A stretch of 64,000 nt of DNA from Centroscyllium fabricii (lineage: Eukaryota), in assembly GCA_051313645.2 (NCBI GenBank), contig JBNRSN020000007.1, positions 49,600,001-49,664,000 of the forward strand. The letters are read 5' to 3'. The position numbers and the translations under genes were made by a program. Numbering within the stretch: the first letter of the stretch is position 1; every line of letters begins with the position of its first letter. Positions 49,474 through 61,784 of the stretch are shown here, in pieces. The notes under the pieces were generated by a model. That model was given only the letters and a program-made list of their open reading frames with translations, had not been told where the DNA came from and searched no databases.

Positions 49474-52436
49474 CTGATGACTGGCAAAAACCTGATCGTG
49501 CAGCAATCTCAATATTTTCCGTGATAGGCTTTATCTTTTGTTCATCACTGCTTCCTTCTCCGGGCAAATCCTGCTTGTCCTCTTCTTCAGCTTCACCTCC
49601 ATCTGATGAAGATGAAGAGCTTCGCTTTTTTTCCACAGCTCGTTTTTTCCGTTTTAATTTTGCCGCTTTTTCCTTAGCAGATTTTGTGGCAACTTTCTCG
49701 TCATCTTTGGATGAACCATCCCCATCCTCCTCGGTTCCGTGTTTTTTTGCTTTCTTTGATGATGATTTTTTAGCTGTATTGATTTTACTCAAGTTCTTGA
49801 TTTCCTTTTCTAGGTCAGAGTCGTAGTTGGAAGAGTCTGAACGATGTTGTCTTTTTTTGTTAGCAACACTAATCCTTTTACTGGTTCTTTTTCTCTCCTT
49901 TCCACCAAAATCTGAACTCGAGGATGAGCACTTCCTTTTCCGTTTAAGACCATCAGTTTTACTTGCCTGTGGCATTCGCTTACGCAGACCAAACAGACTT
50001 GTCCTTTTAATAATTTTTTGGGATGAATCACTATCTTTGTTATCAGCATCAGATGAACTTTCATGCTTCACTGCTGCCTTTTTCAATACCTCAGGGATCT
50101 CATCAGAGTCAGAGGTAGTTTGCACACCAGCGTTGTGTAGTGTATCTGACTTATCAGGATCAGATTCTTGCACCTCAGATTTGATATTTTTGTTGGAGGT
50201 TTTTGATCGGCCAGTCTTGACCTTTCCTGAAGAGTCTACTTTCTCTTTGTCTTTAGTTTTCTTTTTCGATTTCCTACGTCTTTTACCACCATCACCAGCA
50301 CTATCAGTGTCGTCTTCAGATCTGGAGTTCACAATTCCTGCCCCACCAGGGCGCCTCAGAGGTGTCGTTTTTATGCGAGGTGAACGCCTAGTATCAATGT
50401 CCTCTGACAGAACTGATGCATCATTTGCAGGATCATTTTCACGGTCATCTTCAATTACTTGATCAGATTTTTTCTTCCTCTTTTTCGAAATTTTTACATT
50501 GCCCTTTTGAGGTCTTTCCACACTTTTTTTGCCTTTAATTGAATCCTCTGCAGCACTGATGCCTTCTCCATCCCCTGCATCATCATGGCTACCATCCCCA
50601 GATCCCACATCATCGCCGTCACCTCCAAACCCCGCATCGTCGTCGGCACTCTCTGCATCACGCGCCGCTGCATGACCTTTGTTTTCATCACTCCCATTGT
50701 CCACTGCGGCATCACCATCGCTCCCATTATCCACTGCGGCATCACCATCGCTCCCATTATCCACTGCGGCGTCACCATCGCTCCCATTATCCACTGCGGC
50801 GCCACCATCGCTCCCATTATCCACTGCGGCATCACCATCCCTCCCATTATCCACTGCGGCATCACCATCACTCCCATTATCTACTGCGGCATCACCATCA
50901 CTCCCATTATCCACTGATGCTTCAGCATCATCTTCTCCAGCCACCGCTTCAGCAGCACCATCCCCAGCCACCGCTTCAGCATCATCTTCTCCAGCCACCG
51001 CTTCAGCAGCACCATCCCCAGCCACCGCTTCAGCATCATCTTCTCCAGCCACCGCTTCAGCAGCATCATCTCCAGCCACTGCTTCCGCATCACCTCGTTT
51101 ACCCTTCTTGAACAGTTTTTTCTTGCATGCACCACGTGCAGTTTTCTTACACCTCTTGAGTGAACCTGGGGTCAATTTTATTGAAAGTTCACACTTCACT
51201 GAAGATTTTACACTGGAATCAGAGTCCAGCTCTGAGGATTTTCCAGAATTCTGACTTTCAGCAGGTGCCTTAGCTGACGCATTATCTAGCACAGTGCTGT
51301 TACTTGTAGAATTCTCCACTGCATCCAGATCTGGTAGCAACGAGTCAGTTGCCTCAAACAGACCTTCAGTCAGTGAAGAAACAGATCCAATATCCAGAGC
51401 TTCATCTAAACTGTAAAGCATTGTTGTGTCTACCATCTCAGATTCTAGTTCAATGCCTGCACTTTCACAAACGGCATCGGCTTCTTCATTTTTGACCAAC
51501 ACATCATTTGAGGCAGAGTCAGTTTCAGCGCTGACCATTTTTGAATCCAGCATTAATTTATCAGTTTGCTCTACTGACATGATTTGTTGCTCTTCAGCAG
51601 CCTTGTCTGGTTCACTTGAAACTCCTGACACTTCCACCTGATCAGATTGATCTTCAGCTGAAACAGAGTTTTCTGCAACTGTCTGATCAGGTAATAAATA
51701 ATTCTCATTGTTGGCGGAATCCTGTACCTCAACTTTGTTAACACACTCTTGTAATGATTCAGTAGGTTTATTTTGTTCCATTTCCAAGTCTCGAGTCTCT
51801 TTATCTAAAATTTCTTCTACTGCAAGATGGACTTTCTTTAGATCTCCGAGCACAGACTTAAAAGCTTTCAACTGTCTCATGTTTACATTAGGTTCAGACT
51901 CATTTAAGTCTTTTTGTTTTAAAAAATTAATGAAACTAATATTAAAGTTGGCTGTTGTATCAATAAGTTTGCGAGCCTTCTTCAGAAGTTCTTTTGGTAC
52001 TTTTAATGCTTTATAAGAATATGTAAAATTTCCAGAGCTTGGAGAAAGAGCTTTCAATGAACCTGCATCTTTTTCCTGTCCGTTACAATCTTTATTGGAA
52101 ATTTTTTTGGAAGCACTTTTATACTCATGATCTACAGACTTGTCACTGTCATGAGGACCTGGAGATTTGCATTTATCAGTGTCCAATTTAAATTTATCGA
52201 AGTCTTTCCTCTTTCGGTTTTGTTGCCACAGCTGATCAAGACATTCAAACACACTGTCACAAGCAATGACCAAGTCCAGCAAAGGCTCTGGATTACACAC
52301 ATAGCAGTACCACTTTTTGTTTTCATCCATAATATTGGATAGCTCCTTCCTTCCCAGGTTTCGCAAGATGCAGCTTTTGCAAAATGCATTGTGACAAAAA
52401 TCACAACAAATCAAATTTCCACCTTCAGCACACCAT
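49474..52436 (-). CDS. ATRX: ATRX large exon (exon 9 equivalent): ADD PHD finger, HP1-binding-like motif, long charged region
   Basis: 2963 bp, phase 2-1; WCAEGGNLICCDFCHNAFCKSCILRNLGRKEL...WYCYVC; ELSIKLTP; RRSPRIKTTPLRR; ends GFCQSS(G). Confidence 0.98.
50687..50914 (-). repeat. Coding 30-bp minisatellite (VDNGSDGDAA) x7.6
   Basis: Plus-strand unit CCACTGCGGCATCACCATCGCTCCCATTAT with few substitutions. Confidence 0.97.
50927..51088 (-). repeat. Coding 27-bp minisatellite (AEAVAGxxx) x6 with 54-bp higher-order period
   Basis: Alternating AEAVAGD(D/G)A and AEAVAGEDD units. Confidence 0.96.
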
Positions 52437-52575
52437 CTGCAATATAGAAGAAAAAAAGTCGAATAAAAAAAAACAGGCTGCACATCTGGAAAGTAATAAC
52501 CTTGACGCTTGAAATAAAGATCGTTTCAGCAGAGGACCAAAGCTAACAATTGCAACAGCCATGATCTTATTGATA

Positions 52576-52748
52576 ATGTGGAGGTGCCGGTGTTGGACTG
52601 GGGTGGACAAATGCAAGAAGTCACACAACACCAGGTTATAGTCCCATCAGTTTTATTTAAAATCACAAGCTTTCGGAGCATCTCCGAAAGCTTGTGATTT
52701 AAAATAAAACTGATGGGACTATAACCTGGTGTTGTGTGACTTCTTGCA
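52576..52748. mobile_element. Penelope-like inverted pLTR forming a near-perfect palindrome
   Basis: Arms 52612-52678 and 52682-52748 (67 bp each, one mismatch) with a 3-nt loop. Confidence 0.85.
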
Positions 52749-55595
52749 ATTGCAACAGGGACAGCAGTGTGGCTGGGGATCATACCCATGTCGTCAACAA
52801 GCAGCTTCAGCACACAGCACCCGTTAACCTTGTTTTTCTTGAAGCTATTTAACAATAAGCATTTAGATACGGAAGCCCTATTAAAAACTTCTCAATCTCT
52901 CTTCTTACTTTAATTGTTGGTGACAAGGGTGGGGTACCAAGATACAGTTGTGCCAGCATCCAGCTCGCTGTCGATCAGTGCCATCATGTCACTGATATAA
53001 CTCAGCCATGCACAGCCTGAAAACATATTGATATACAGGTTCCGCTTGTGGAGCAATTGACAAATCCGGCGCAAATTGCGTCCATTTCGAAAAATGTCCC
53101 TGGTGATTCCGCTCAAATTCATTAGCATATCAAACGCTAAAATCTGCCATGAACCAGCGTAATCGTGCATGCACTTTAAAACGCAATTTTCCTTCATATA
53201 TTTAAAAGTGGTAACTTGGTGACATTTGATTAAAACAGCTGAAAACAGGTTCATCACAAAAAAATACGCATTTTCAGTCAGTGTCAATCCACCAGCTGAG
53301 TAACCCGATTTTAAATTACTGAAATATAAAACTATTTCCTAGTTATATTGGGGTACATTAGTCAGTTTCTTAGTAAATTAAAACAAAAATCACATTTCAA
53401 AGCTTTTAAAACCTACCTTCCAGCGTCCTTGCGCCCAAAAGATCCAGCTTCATTTTTTAAAGCCTCCCTGAAGGCCTGCAAACGAGCGTAATTAGTGGAA
53501 ATTCCCCAGGGTGATTAATTCACCCTGGGAGCATGGCCTATTTTGTGGCTTGGACCTGCTTCCAAATCTTTTTTTTTTTTTAAACTAGTGCAAAAGATCG
53601 CAGAAACTCAGGTTGCACTGAACGGAAATGGTGTTAAAATCCTGCAATCTTTTGCCCCTGGTTACTGTGATTTCAACCAATATACCAGTCAAGCTCAAAA
53701 CAGGGATTAAAACTGGCTTCATAAATTGTCTTTCAACATTTTACTGGTTCAGAACTTAAGGTTGATTTTAATCTAGCTGGAATGACTAGCAGGATTCATG
53801 CTCTCTCCCTTTCTCACACACCCCTCCCCTCAACAATTTTATTCTCCCCTCTCCTGAAAATACTGACCTCTTTTGGGAATTGGTTTCTAAGGTCCCAGCA
53901 ACCCTGGGCACACACAAGTGGCCATCCCTCAGGTTTGAACTTAGAGAGTTCAGCAACAGCAGATTTGACCATGAGGGCATCACAGCCAAACCCCAATCCA
54001 GTCACAAGTACAGTTTCCAGCAGAGGGGCAATGGATAGCAATTAGTGGTAAAAAAAAAAAGATTAATTTTCCCCCCATCTTGGCTACATCCCCAAAAGAT
54101 GGGGGATCAAACTGGAGATTTTCTGATCTGTATGGCTTAGAACGGCACTACACCCACAAGGCATCAGGTTGAGCTCTTTAATAAAAAGGGAACAAATTAA
54201 AATTCCACTCTGGAACTTGTTAGCTTCAGACATACAGCCCTGTTGAAATTTGTTTAGGTCTCAAGTTTTAGTACACTTGATTGGTACAGCATTATGAAAG
54301 GTCAAATAGTGTATCATCAATTTTCAAAAACACAAATTCAGCTAATACTATGGATCTGGAACTGTGCACCTCTGAACACATCAGATCATCTCCTGCCAAA
54401 CCCATGTTTCGTTTCAGATTCTACATCTGTGCTGTAGTTAATAACTCACCATTTGACCCCCCCCCCCCCCCCCCCAACCGCAATTGAGGGGTCCTCAGGG
54501 CTTTTCCCTCACCCTATTTTGGTTCATATTAATGACCTGCTCTACTAATCACTGAATCCCAACCAGTCTCTTGTTGATTTCACACCATATTCAACATTTA
54601 AGCCCACATAGCCTCAGCGCACACATCAATTCCTCTTGCTGCACAACTGCTGAGCCAATATCTCAACCGCTAATGATCTTTGAATGGACAATGAAAACCT
54701 TGTTTCTTTCCATTTTTAAAGACAGACATTTCTTCACTTTGCAGCTAATATCTTGCTTTTGATGACTCGAACAGCAGCCCGACATTTTCCACAATCCTGG
54801 TCTATCGCCTCTGACCCCAAAATGAACTCCCATGAGCTTGCCATTTCTAAAGCTTCTTCCAAGTTCAACTTTCTTTTTCAATGACAAGCCCTCGTTAACC
54901 TAACAAAGTTAAAACCCACCCAAGATTTGAAAACTGCTCCCATATCTAGAGGGGATACCAAAAAATGTTTGCTGTCTGATGAGCAATCCATCGGCTAATT
55001 GCAGACTCCAACTTTTAACTTTTGCAATCATTCTGCCTCCCCTCATTTTACAAATATGACTGCACCGGGGGGAGTGCTTGTCTGAACTTTCCTCCCTTCT
55101 TGCATACACGCAATTCTACACGACATTCTCCTCCTCGCACCCTCACAAAGCTGAAATTAAGATGCATCACTCCATTTCCTGCTCTAACTCTTTCACCAGG
55201 ATCTACAACTGCCTCACTCTTTCCTCCCTTTAAAGTCCAAGGATTGCATCACCCAAGTGTTCAACGTATTACACGTGAACCATGTGCAGCCTGAGCCCTA
55301 GCTATCTGACCCGTAAAATGTTCAGGCAACTCAGTCCGACTTGAGCTTGTATTTATTTGTGCTGTTTAAATTTTGTCAGGTCTAGAGATGCAAAAAGGGT
55401 CATTTTTGGCACTGTTAGTGAACCAGTTGAGTTTGACAACACTTTTACTGATACCAGCTTTTTATTTCCAATTTTTTTTTAACTGAATTAATATAATAGA
55501 AGACCAAGAAGCCACCCAATCCTGTCAGTTGAAATATTAGGCATGTATATAGGAGTGAAATGCGAATTCAAGGGACAAGAAAGTAGACTACCCAC

Positions 55596-55663
55596 CTGCA
55601 TTGCTCATCCATATCATCTGCATCTCGGCTAATGTCATCACTCATATAGTACTTATGGCAATT
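55596..55663 (-). CDS. ATRX: ATRX exon (exon 8 equivalent), ADD domain
   Basis: 68 bp, phase 0-2; NCHKYYMSDDISRDADDMDEQC(R). Confidence 0.97.
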
Positions 55664-57161
55664 CTGTAAAATAGAAGAAATACATTGGGAATTAATAAGG
55701 GTGCATTCAATTTGTTTCTGTAATGTACACAAATATAAACCATATCTGTAATATATTAAAATCCTTAAGTTGGTAATGCAGCAATATCTCAAGTATATTA
55801 AAATCAACGTGCAACATTCTGTGATTCTGTAACCATAACACCAGTTGTTCTTACTTGCTCCAAAGAGGCATGTTACAACAAGCACCTCTAAAAGGCATAC
55901 CATTTTCACAGATTTAACAGTGAACAAGGCATGGGGAGATTCATTAAAATATATCTACACAATATATTCAAAAAAAACAGTACATTCATTGCATGCTCCA
56001 TTTTACAGACCAACAACCATCTCCGATGTGGAAATGTCATCATTTCCCGTCATACTTCCAGGTGTCCTCTCAATAGGATTTTCCATTATTAATTGTGCAG
56101 CCATTAGCAGTCATATTCCAGGTCATGCCAGCAGGTCTACCTCCAGAGTTTCCGAAGCTCTGGATCCCCATGGCACAATCAACATTATACAGCTTCAGAG
56201 CCTCCTTAGCCCCTAGATGCAGCCAACACTGCAACCTCCCTCAGAAATACAGCTAGCTCCTACCCACAAGCCTCTCCTTGCAATTAAATAGTTGACCTGC
56301 AACTACAGGTTTTAACCTGTCTTTTAAGTCATAAATAATAATGATTCAGCCTCCTGTCCCAGTCAGATACAATTACCCTGACTGGGCCTTTGGATCCCTT
56401 GCTGCTGAATAATTGTTTTCCTGCATCTTTTAATTATCAACGTTGCTTTTCAGTTTTTTAAATTTAACCCCACCACCCCTTCATTCACCCTCCCCCCCCC
56501 CACCATACTGTAGTGGTGTCACTGTTTACAGCATAGTGGCTGCTGCTACTTAGCTCCAGCCCTGCTCTTGTACTCTGGGTACCTTCAAATCATCCTCCTT
56601 TCCACCCAAACCCCCTCATGCTCAGTTTGGCAGTTAACAATTCAATTCAATTTGCTTTATTGGCATGACAAGATGCATCTTATGTTACCAAAGCACAGAA
56701 AAAGGACATATACAATTGAACATACAAACACATATCTAGACATAGTGTATGGACAAATATACCCATACACACATATACATACTACTCAATCTTTAATTGG
56801 ATTCAATGGTCACTGGTTGTCCCTCTGCATATGGCAAGCTGTGACGTAGTTTGCCGCTAATTTTATACAGTTCCTCTGTTCCCCCCAATAGATATGGGAG
56901 TTTTTGGTGGTCGTTCAAATTTTTGAATTCAGGGCATGTTTTTATGAATTTTGGGTAGAAATTCCCCCTTATGTCCTGATAGTTTTCACAAGTTGAGAGG
57001 AAATGCAGCTCTGTCTCCACCACTCCCAGACTGCAGTGACAGCACAGCCTTTCCTCTCTGGGCAGCCAGGTCTGTGTCTGCCTTTTTCGATGGCTAGGTT
57101 ATGCTCACTAAGTCTGTTCATTGTCAGGGTTTTTCCTCAGTTTGCTATCTTTCACCATGGT

Positions 57162-58844
57162 CAGGTAACCATTTCATCTGCTCTTCACTCCGCTTTGACC
57201 CACTTGGAAGGCAAAGACACCTACGTCAGAATGCTGTTCATCGATTACAGCTCAGCATTCAATACCATTGAATGGGGCGGCACGGTGGCATAGTGGTTAG
57301 CACTGTTGCCTTACAGCACTAGAGACCCGGGTTCAAATCCAGCCTCGGGTACTATCTGTGTGGAGTTTGCACATTCTCCCCGTGTCTGCGTGGGTTTCCT
57401 CCGGGTGCTCCGGTTTCCTCCCACAGTCCAAAGATGTGCGGGTTAGGTTGATTGGCCATGATAAATTGACCCTTCGTTAGGGGGATTAAATATGTGGGGT
57501 TACGGGGATAGGGTGGGATGTGTGTCAGTACAGGTTCAATAGGGATCGAGGGATATGGGGACAACGCAGGGACAGGGTTTGGATGATCAGCCATGATCTC
57601 ATTGAATGGCGGAGCAGGCTCGAAGGGCCGAATGGCCTACTCCTGCTCCTATCTTCTATGTTTCTATGTTTCTACCATGATCCCGACCAAGCTTGCAACC
57701 AAACTCCATGCCCTAGGCCTCAACACCACCCTCTGTAATTGGACCCTGGACTCCCTGACGAACAGACCCCAATCTGTTACGTTAGGTAACCTCACCTCCA
57801 CCACCTTAATCCTGAGCACCGGGGCTCCACAAGGGTGCGTGTTGAGCCCTGTCCTCTTCACCCATGATTGTGTGCCTATCCACGACTCCAATATCATCAA
57901 GGTCGCGGATGACAGCACAGTGATAGGACTGATCACTAACAATGACGATTCAGCCTATAGAGAAAAGGTCCAACACCTTGTGGCGTGGAGCGCTGACAAC
58001 AACCTGTCCCTCAACACCAAGACGACCAAGGAGCTCTTTGTAGACTTCAGGAAGTCCAAAGACATCAGACACACCCCGATCTACATCAATGGGGCTGAGT
58101 TGGAAAGGGTCTGCAGCTTCAAGTTCCTGGGCGTCCACATTACGGAGGACTTCTCATTGTCCCTCAACTTATCCTCCTTGGTGAAGAAAGCTCAGCAGCG
58201 CCTATACCTCCTGCAGAGGCTGAAGAAAGTAAACTTATCATCCCAGCTTCTCTCCAACTGCTACTGCTGCACAATAGAAGGCATCCTAACAAACTGCATC
58301 ACGGTGTGGTATGGCAGCTGCTCCACCTCCGACAGGAAGGCCTTTCAGAGAGTAGTCAAAACTGCCCAATACATCGGCACCCAGCTACCTGCTATTCAAG
58401 ACATCTACGAGAAACGTTGCCTGCGGAAATCTCTTCAGCGTCATCAGGGACCCCACCCACCCCAGCCACAGACTGTTTGCCCCCCTGCCATCTAGGAGGC
58501 GCTACAGATGTATTTGTGCCCGGACGACCAGGCTCAGGAACAGCTTCTTCCCTAGGGCTGTTATCCAGCTGAACTCACTCAACACCAAATCTGTCTACCA
58601 TCGGCACCTCCACCCGCACTTCCTGCATTAAAAGCCCATTTGCCCCCCCCCAGCACTTGCTCATCTACTCTTTGAAATGCTATTTGCACTCGATTCATTT
58701 ATCTATTTATTTATGATTTATCCATAACTCTCTATAATTTATAACTTAATGTCTGCTATGTCATGTCCTGGGAGCTTGTAAGCTCATTTTTCGTTGCACT
58801 GTGATTATAGACTGTGCAATGACAATAAAATTGAATTGAATTGA
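57162..58844 (+). mobile_element. Rex1/Babar LINE 3' portion
   Basis: [50 protein letters not shown]; (TTGAA)n tail; ATGGT duplicated at the flanks. Confidence 0.9.
57274..57672 (+). mobile_element. HE1-like V-SINE nested in Rex1
   Basis: A/B boxes, V-domain, CR1 tail; TACCAT on both sides. Confidence 0.92.
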
Positions 58845-59001
58845 ATGGTGTATGGTCCGTTTAGGGCCAAATAGCAACCTAGTTTGTTTTGGGTTTTTGT
58901 CGTTTCTGTCCAATATGACAAATATTTTTCTCTTTGTTTAGTAATAATTGTGTTGGGTCAAATTCTCTGTTAGGATGTCACTGGCCTGGGGCTGGTTGTT
59001 A

Positions 59002-60065
59002 CAGGTTGAGCACCGTTAATCCGGCACGGGCGGGACCAGGCCCGTGCCGGGAAATGGAAAAAACCGGGAGAACGAGTTTGGACACTGCGCATGCGCACCA
59101 GTCACAATGTCAGCGCGCATGCGCGCAACATTGGCATTGGCTAGCGCGCGCATGCGCAGATTGTCCAATATTGGCCGCCGCGAAGTTTTTTGATGGGATC
59201 AGGCTTTTGTGGCGTTCCGTTTAGGTTTTAGGGCTGTCGGGCAGCAGTGAAAGGCCGGTCTTGCGGGGGGAGGGAGGAGGGTGGCGTGGCGCGGCGCGGG
59301 GGGAGGAAAGGCGGGGGGGCGGAGAGAAGGCACGGGTCCCGCGGGGGGGGGGGGGGGGGGGGGGGGAGGAGAAGGCACGGGTCCGGGGGGGGGGGGGGGG
59401 GGGGGGGGAGAAGGCACGGGTCCGGTGGGGGGAGAGGGCACGGGTCCGGGGGGGGGGGGGGGGGGGGAAGAGAGGGCACGGGTCCGGGGGGGGGGGGGGG
59501 GGGGGGGAGAGAGAGAAGGCACGGGTCCGGGGTTAAGGAGGAGGAAGGCGCGGGTCCGGGGGGGCAATTTATCCAATCCCGTTTTGCTCTGTAAGAGGTC
59601 ACACGGCGCCAGGCTGTGGTCCAACGGTTTTAGTTGGGGTCACGGGCTTTCGGAGCGCCGCTTCCCCGTCAGGTGATCGGGGAGCGGCGCTCCGAAGGCC
59701 CGTGTTTTCGAGTGGGACTTTTGGACTACAGCCTGGTGCTGTGTGGCTTCTTACAATTGTCCATCCCAGTCCAACACCAGCACCTCCACATCATGGCTTC
59801 AATTACAGTTATCGATAAAATAACCGGCGGCCGTATTGAATTATCTGCGCATGCGCTAACCTTCCGGCGACGCATGCGCAGATCATTCAAAACACCCGCA
59901 GCTGTTTTGAATGATCTGCGCATGCGCTCGGCGCATGCGCAGATCGTTCGTTGAAGCCACGATGTCGGCTGCCATTTTGCGCATGCGCAGTGCAGTCGGG
60001 GCAATTTGTGCCGGCAGACTGAAGCTGCCGGCTATTCGGTTACCGGATTAACGGTGCTCAACCTG
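59002..60065 (+). mobile_element. pogo/Tigger-like MITE (family A, copy 7) with G-tract VNTR and a Penelope fragment inside
   Basis: Perfect 23-bp TIR CAGGTTGAGCACCGTTAATCCGG with TA duplication. Confidence 0.94.
59264..59565 (+). repeat. G-rich VNTR (GGCACGGGTCC-Gn), G-quadruplex-prone
   Basis: About seven GGC(A/G)CGGGTCC anchors separated by G runs, several longer than 20 nt. Confidence 0.93.
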
Positions 60066-61164
60066 TACCAGCAGTGTTAGTAGTTACTTCACCGAGTCCC
60101 AGGACCAGTTGACTGAAGGGACTTTTCTTTATGTTCGCCTCTTGGCATTTCAGGGCTTTGTAGTGATAGCAGTGGGGGTTGCTCATTTTTAGATGTTTCC
60201 AAAATTTGATGGCTCTTTTTTGGATATTAATTAATAGTGGATATTGGCCTAACTCTGCCCTGCATGCATTACTTGTGGTTTTCCGGACAGTCCGGAGGAT
60301 ACTTTTACAGAATTCTGCATGTAGGGTCACAATTGGATGTTTGTCCCGTTTTGCAAATTCGTGTTGTGTTAGCGGACCCCACACCTCACTGCCATAAAGT
60401 GCGATTGGTTCAATTACTGATTTAAAAATTTTGAGCCAAATGCCAATTGGAATTTCTATTTGGATTGACTTTTAATGGCATAGAAAGCCCTTCTTGCTTT
60501 CTCTTTCAGTTCATTCACAGCCAAGTGAAAATTTCCGCGGAGCTGATTTTTAAGCCTAAGTATATGTAATTTGTAGTTTGTTCAATTTTAGTTGCTCCTA
60601 GTGTGAAGTTTGTTTTGGCTCCCTGATGTCTGGATCTTTGCTGGAACACAAGAACTTTAGTTTTTGGGGGGTTTATTGTCACGGCCCAATTCTGGCAGAA
60701 CGACTCTAGCCAATCAAGGTTCTGCTGCAGACCCTCTTCTGTTGGCGAGAGCAGAACCAGGTCATCTGCATAAAGGAGGAATTTAATCTTGGGAGTCATA
60801 TAGGGCGAGGCCAGGTGCTGTAGATTGTTCCAGTAGTTTTGCCAATTCATTTATATAAATATTAAAGAGTCGGTGAGATGCGCCACGCCCATGAGAAATA
60901 TTTTGTTTGTTTGTCTCCAATGTTAACTGCACATTTATTGCCTGTATACATTGATTTAATTACATATGTTTTCCCCCCTACCCCACTTTCAATAAGTTTT
61001 AAGAATAGACCGTCGTGCCAAATAGAATCGAAAGCCTTTTGGAAATCTATAAAGCAGGCATTATCTCATCACTTCAAATGTTTGATCGTGTCACAAACAG
61101 CAACATAAAGTGGTACATATTTCAGTGGAGCAGAGTCTAATTTCAACAGAATATGAACTCATAC

Positions 61165-61274
61165 CTTACAAATAAGAACTTTCAATGCTGGATGCCGCTG
61201 CACTGAATCCTTGTGAAAATGGTTTACCTGCTGCCCACAAGCAGTGCAGCTGACTATTCCATGTAGATTCTCAT
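61165..61274 (-). CDS. ATRX: ATRX exon (exon 7 equivalent), ADD GATA-like finger
   Basis: 110 bp, phase 1-0; (D)ENLHGIVSCTACGQQVNHFHKDSVQRHPALKVLICK. Confidence 0.97.
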
Positions 61275-61784
61275 CTGGCAAAAGAAAAATGTATTTTTAA
61301 ACCGTATGCTTGCTCATTGTTGCATATGGTTGCTAAAATAAGATTTCAAGTATACTACTGGCATTCTAATGTAATCTAGCTGCATACAGAGCAAAGTAGA
61401 TTAAGAGTGCTAGAAGCCAATTCACTTGCTATCCGAAATCAGCAAAAACATTAAACCCCTTTGCCTGGATCAATCACTGACCTAAAATAAAAATATCCAT
61501 CATAAGCTCCTTTGGAGTCACACAATGCCAATAAACAGCTCAAGTTGTGTTGTTTATCATTGGGATCCCTTCAGAGTAGATAGTGACGCACGATGTCACT
61601 GGAAGGTTCAGGTTAAAAACTCATGTTGTATATAGAAATACATGCAAGTGACACCAAATCAAACATTAGGCTTTATGTTTTAATACAAGAGTGTGACTTA
61701 AGAGTAAAACCATTTTTCACGATGGTCACAAGATGGACCAGATGGCCATGGATCACACTATTTGCCGCTGTCACTTCTCTATTC

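Larger units (their letters stand above)
56638..61060 (-). mobile_element. RTEX-like LINE, interrupted by nested elements
   Basis: ACFIDFQKAFD, LLYADDLVLLS, LYGSEVWG, HAEFCKSIL...SNACRAELGQYPL, C-terminal ETELHFL..C..Y..IR; AATAAA then (ATTGA)n tail. Confidence 0.75.

Noticed and set aside
49521-52016. Several plus-strand ORFs of 100-211 aa
   Set aside because: Antisense shadows of the low-complexity ATRX exon 9; no independent coding signal.
59199-59676. Pro-rich and Gly-rich ORFs resembling formin- or extensin-like proteins
   Set aside because: Translations of the G-tract VNTR, open in most frames only because stop codons are absent.
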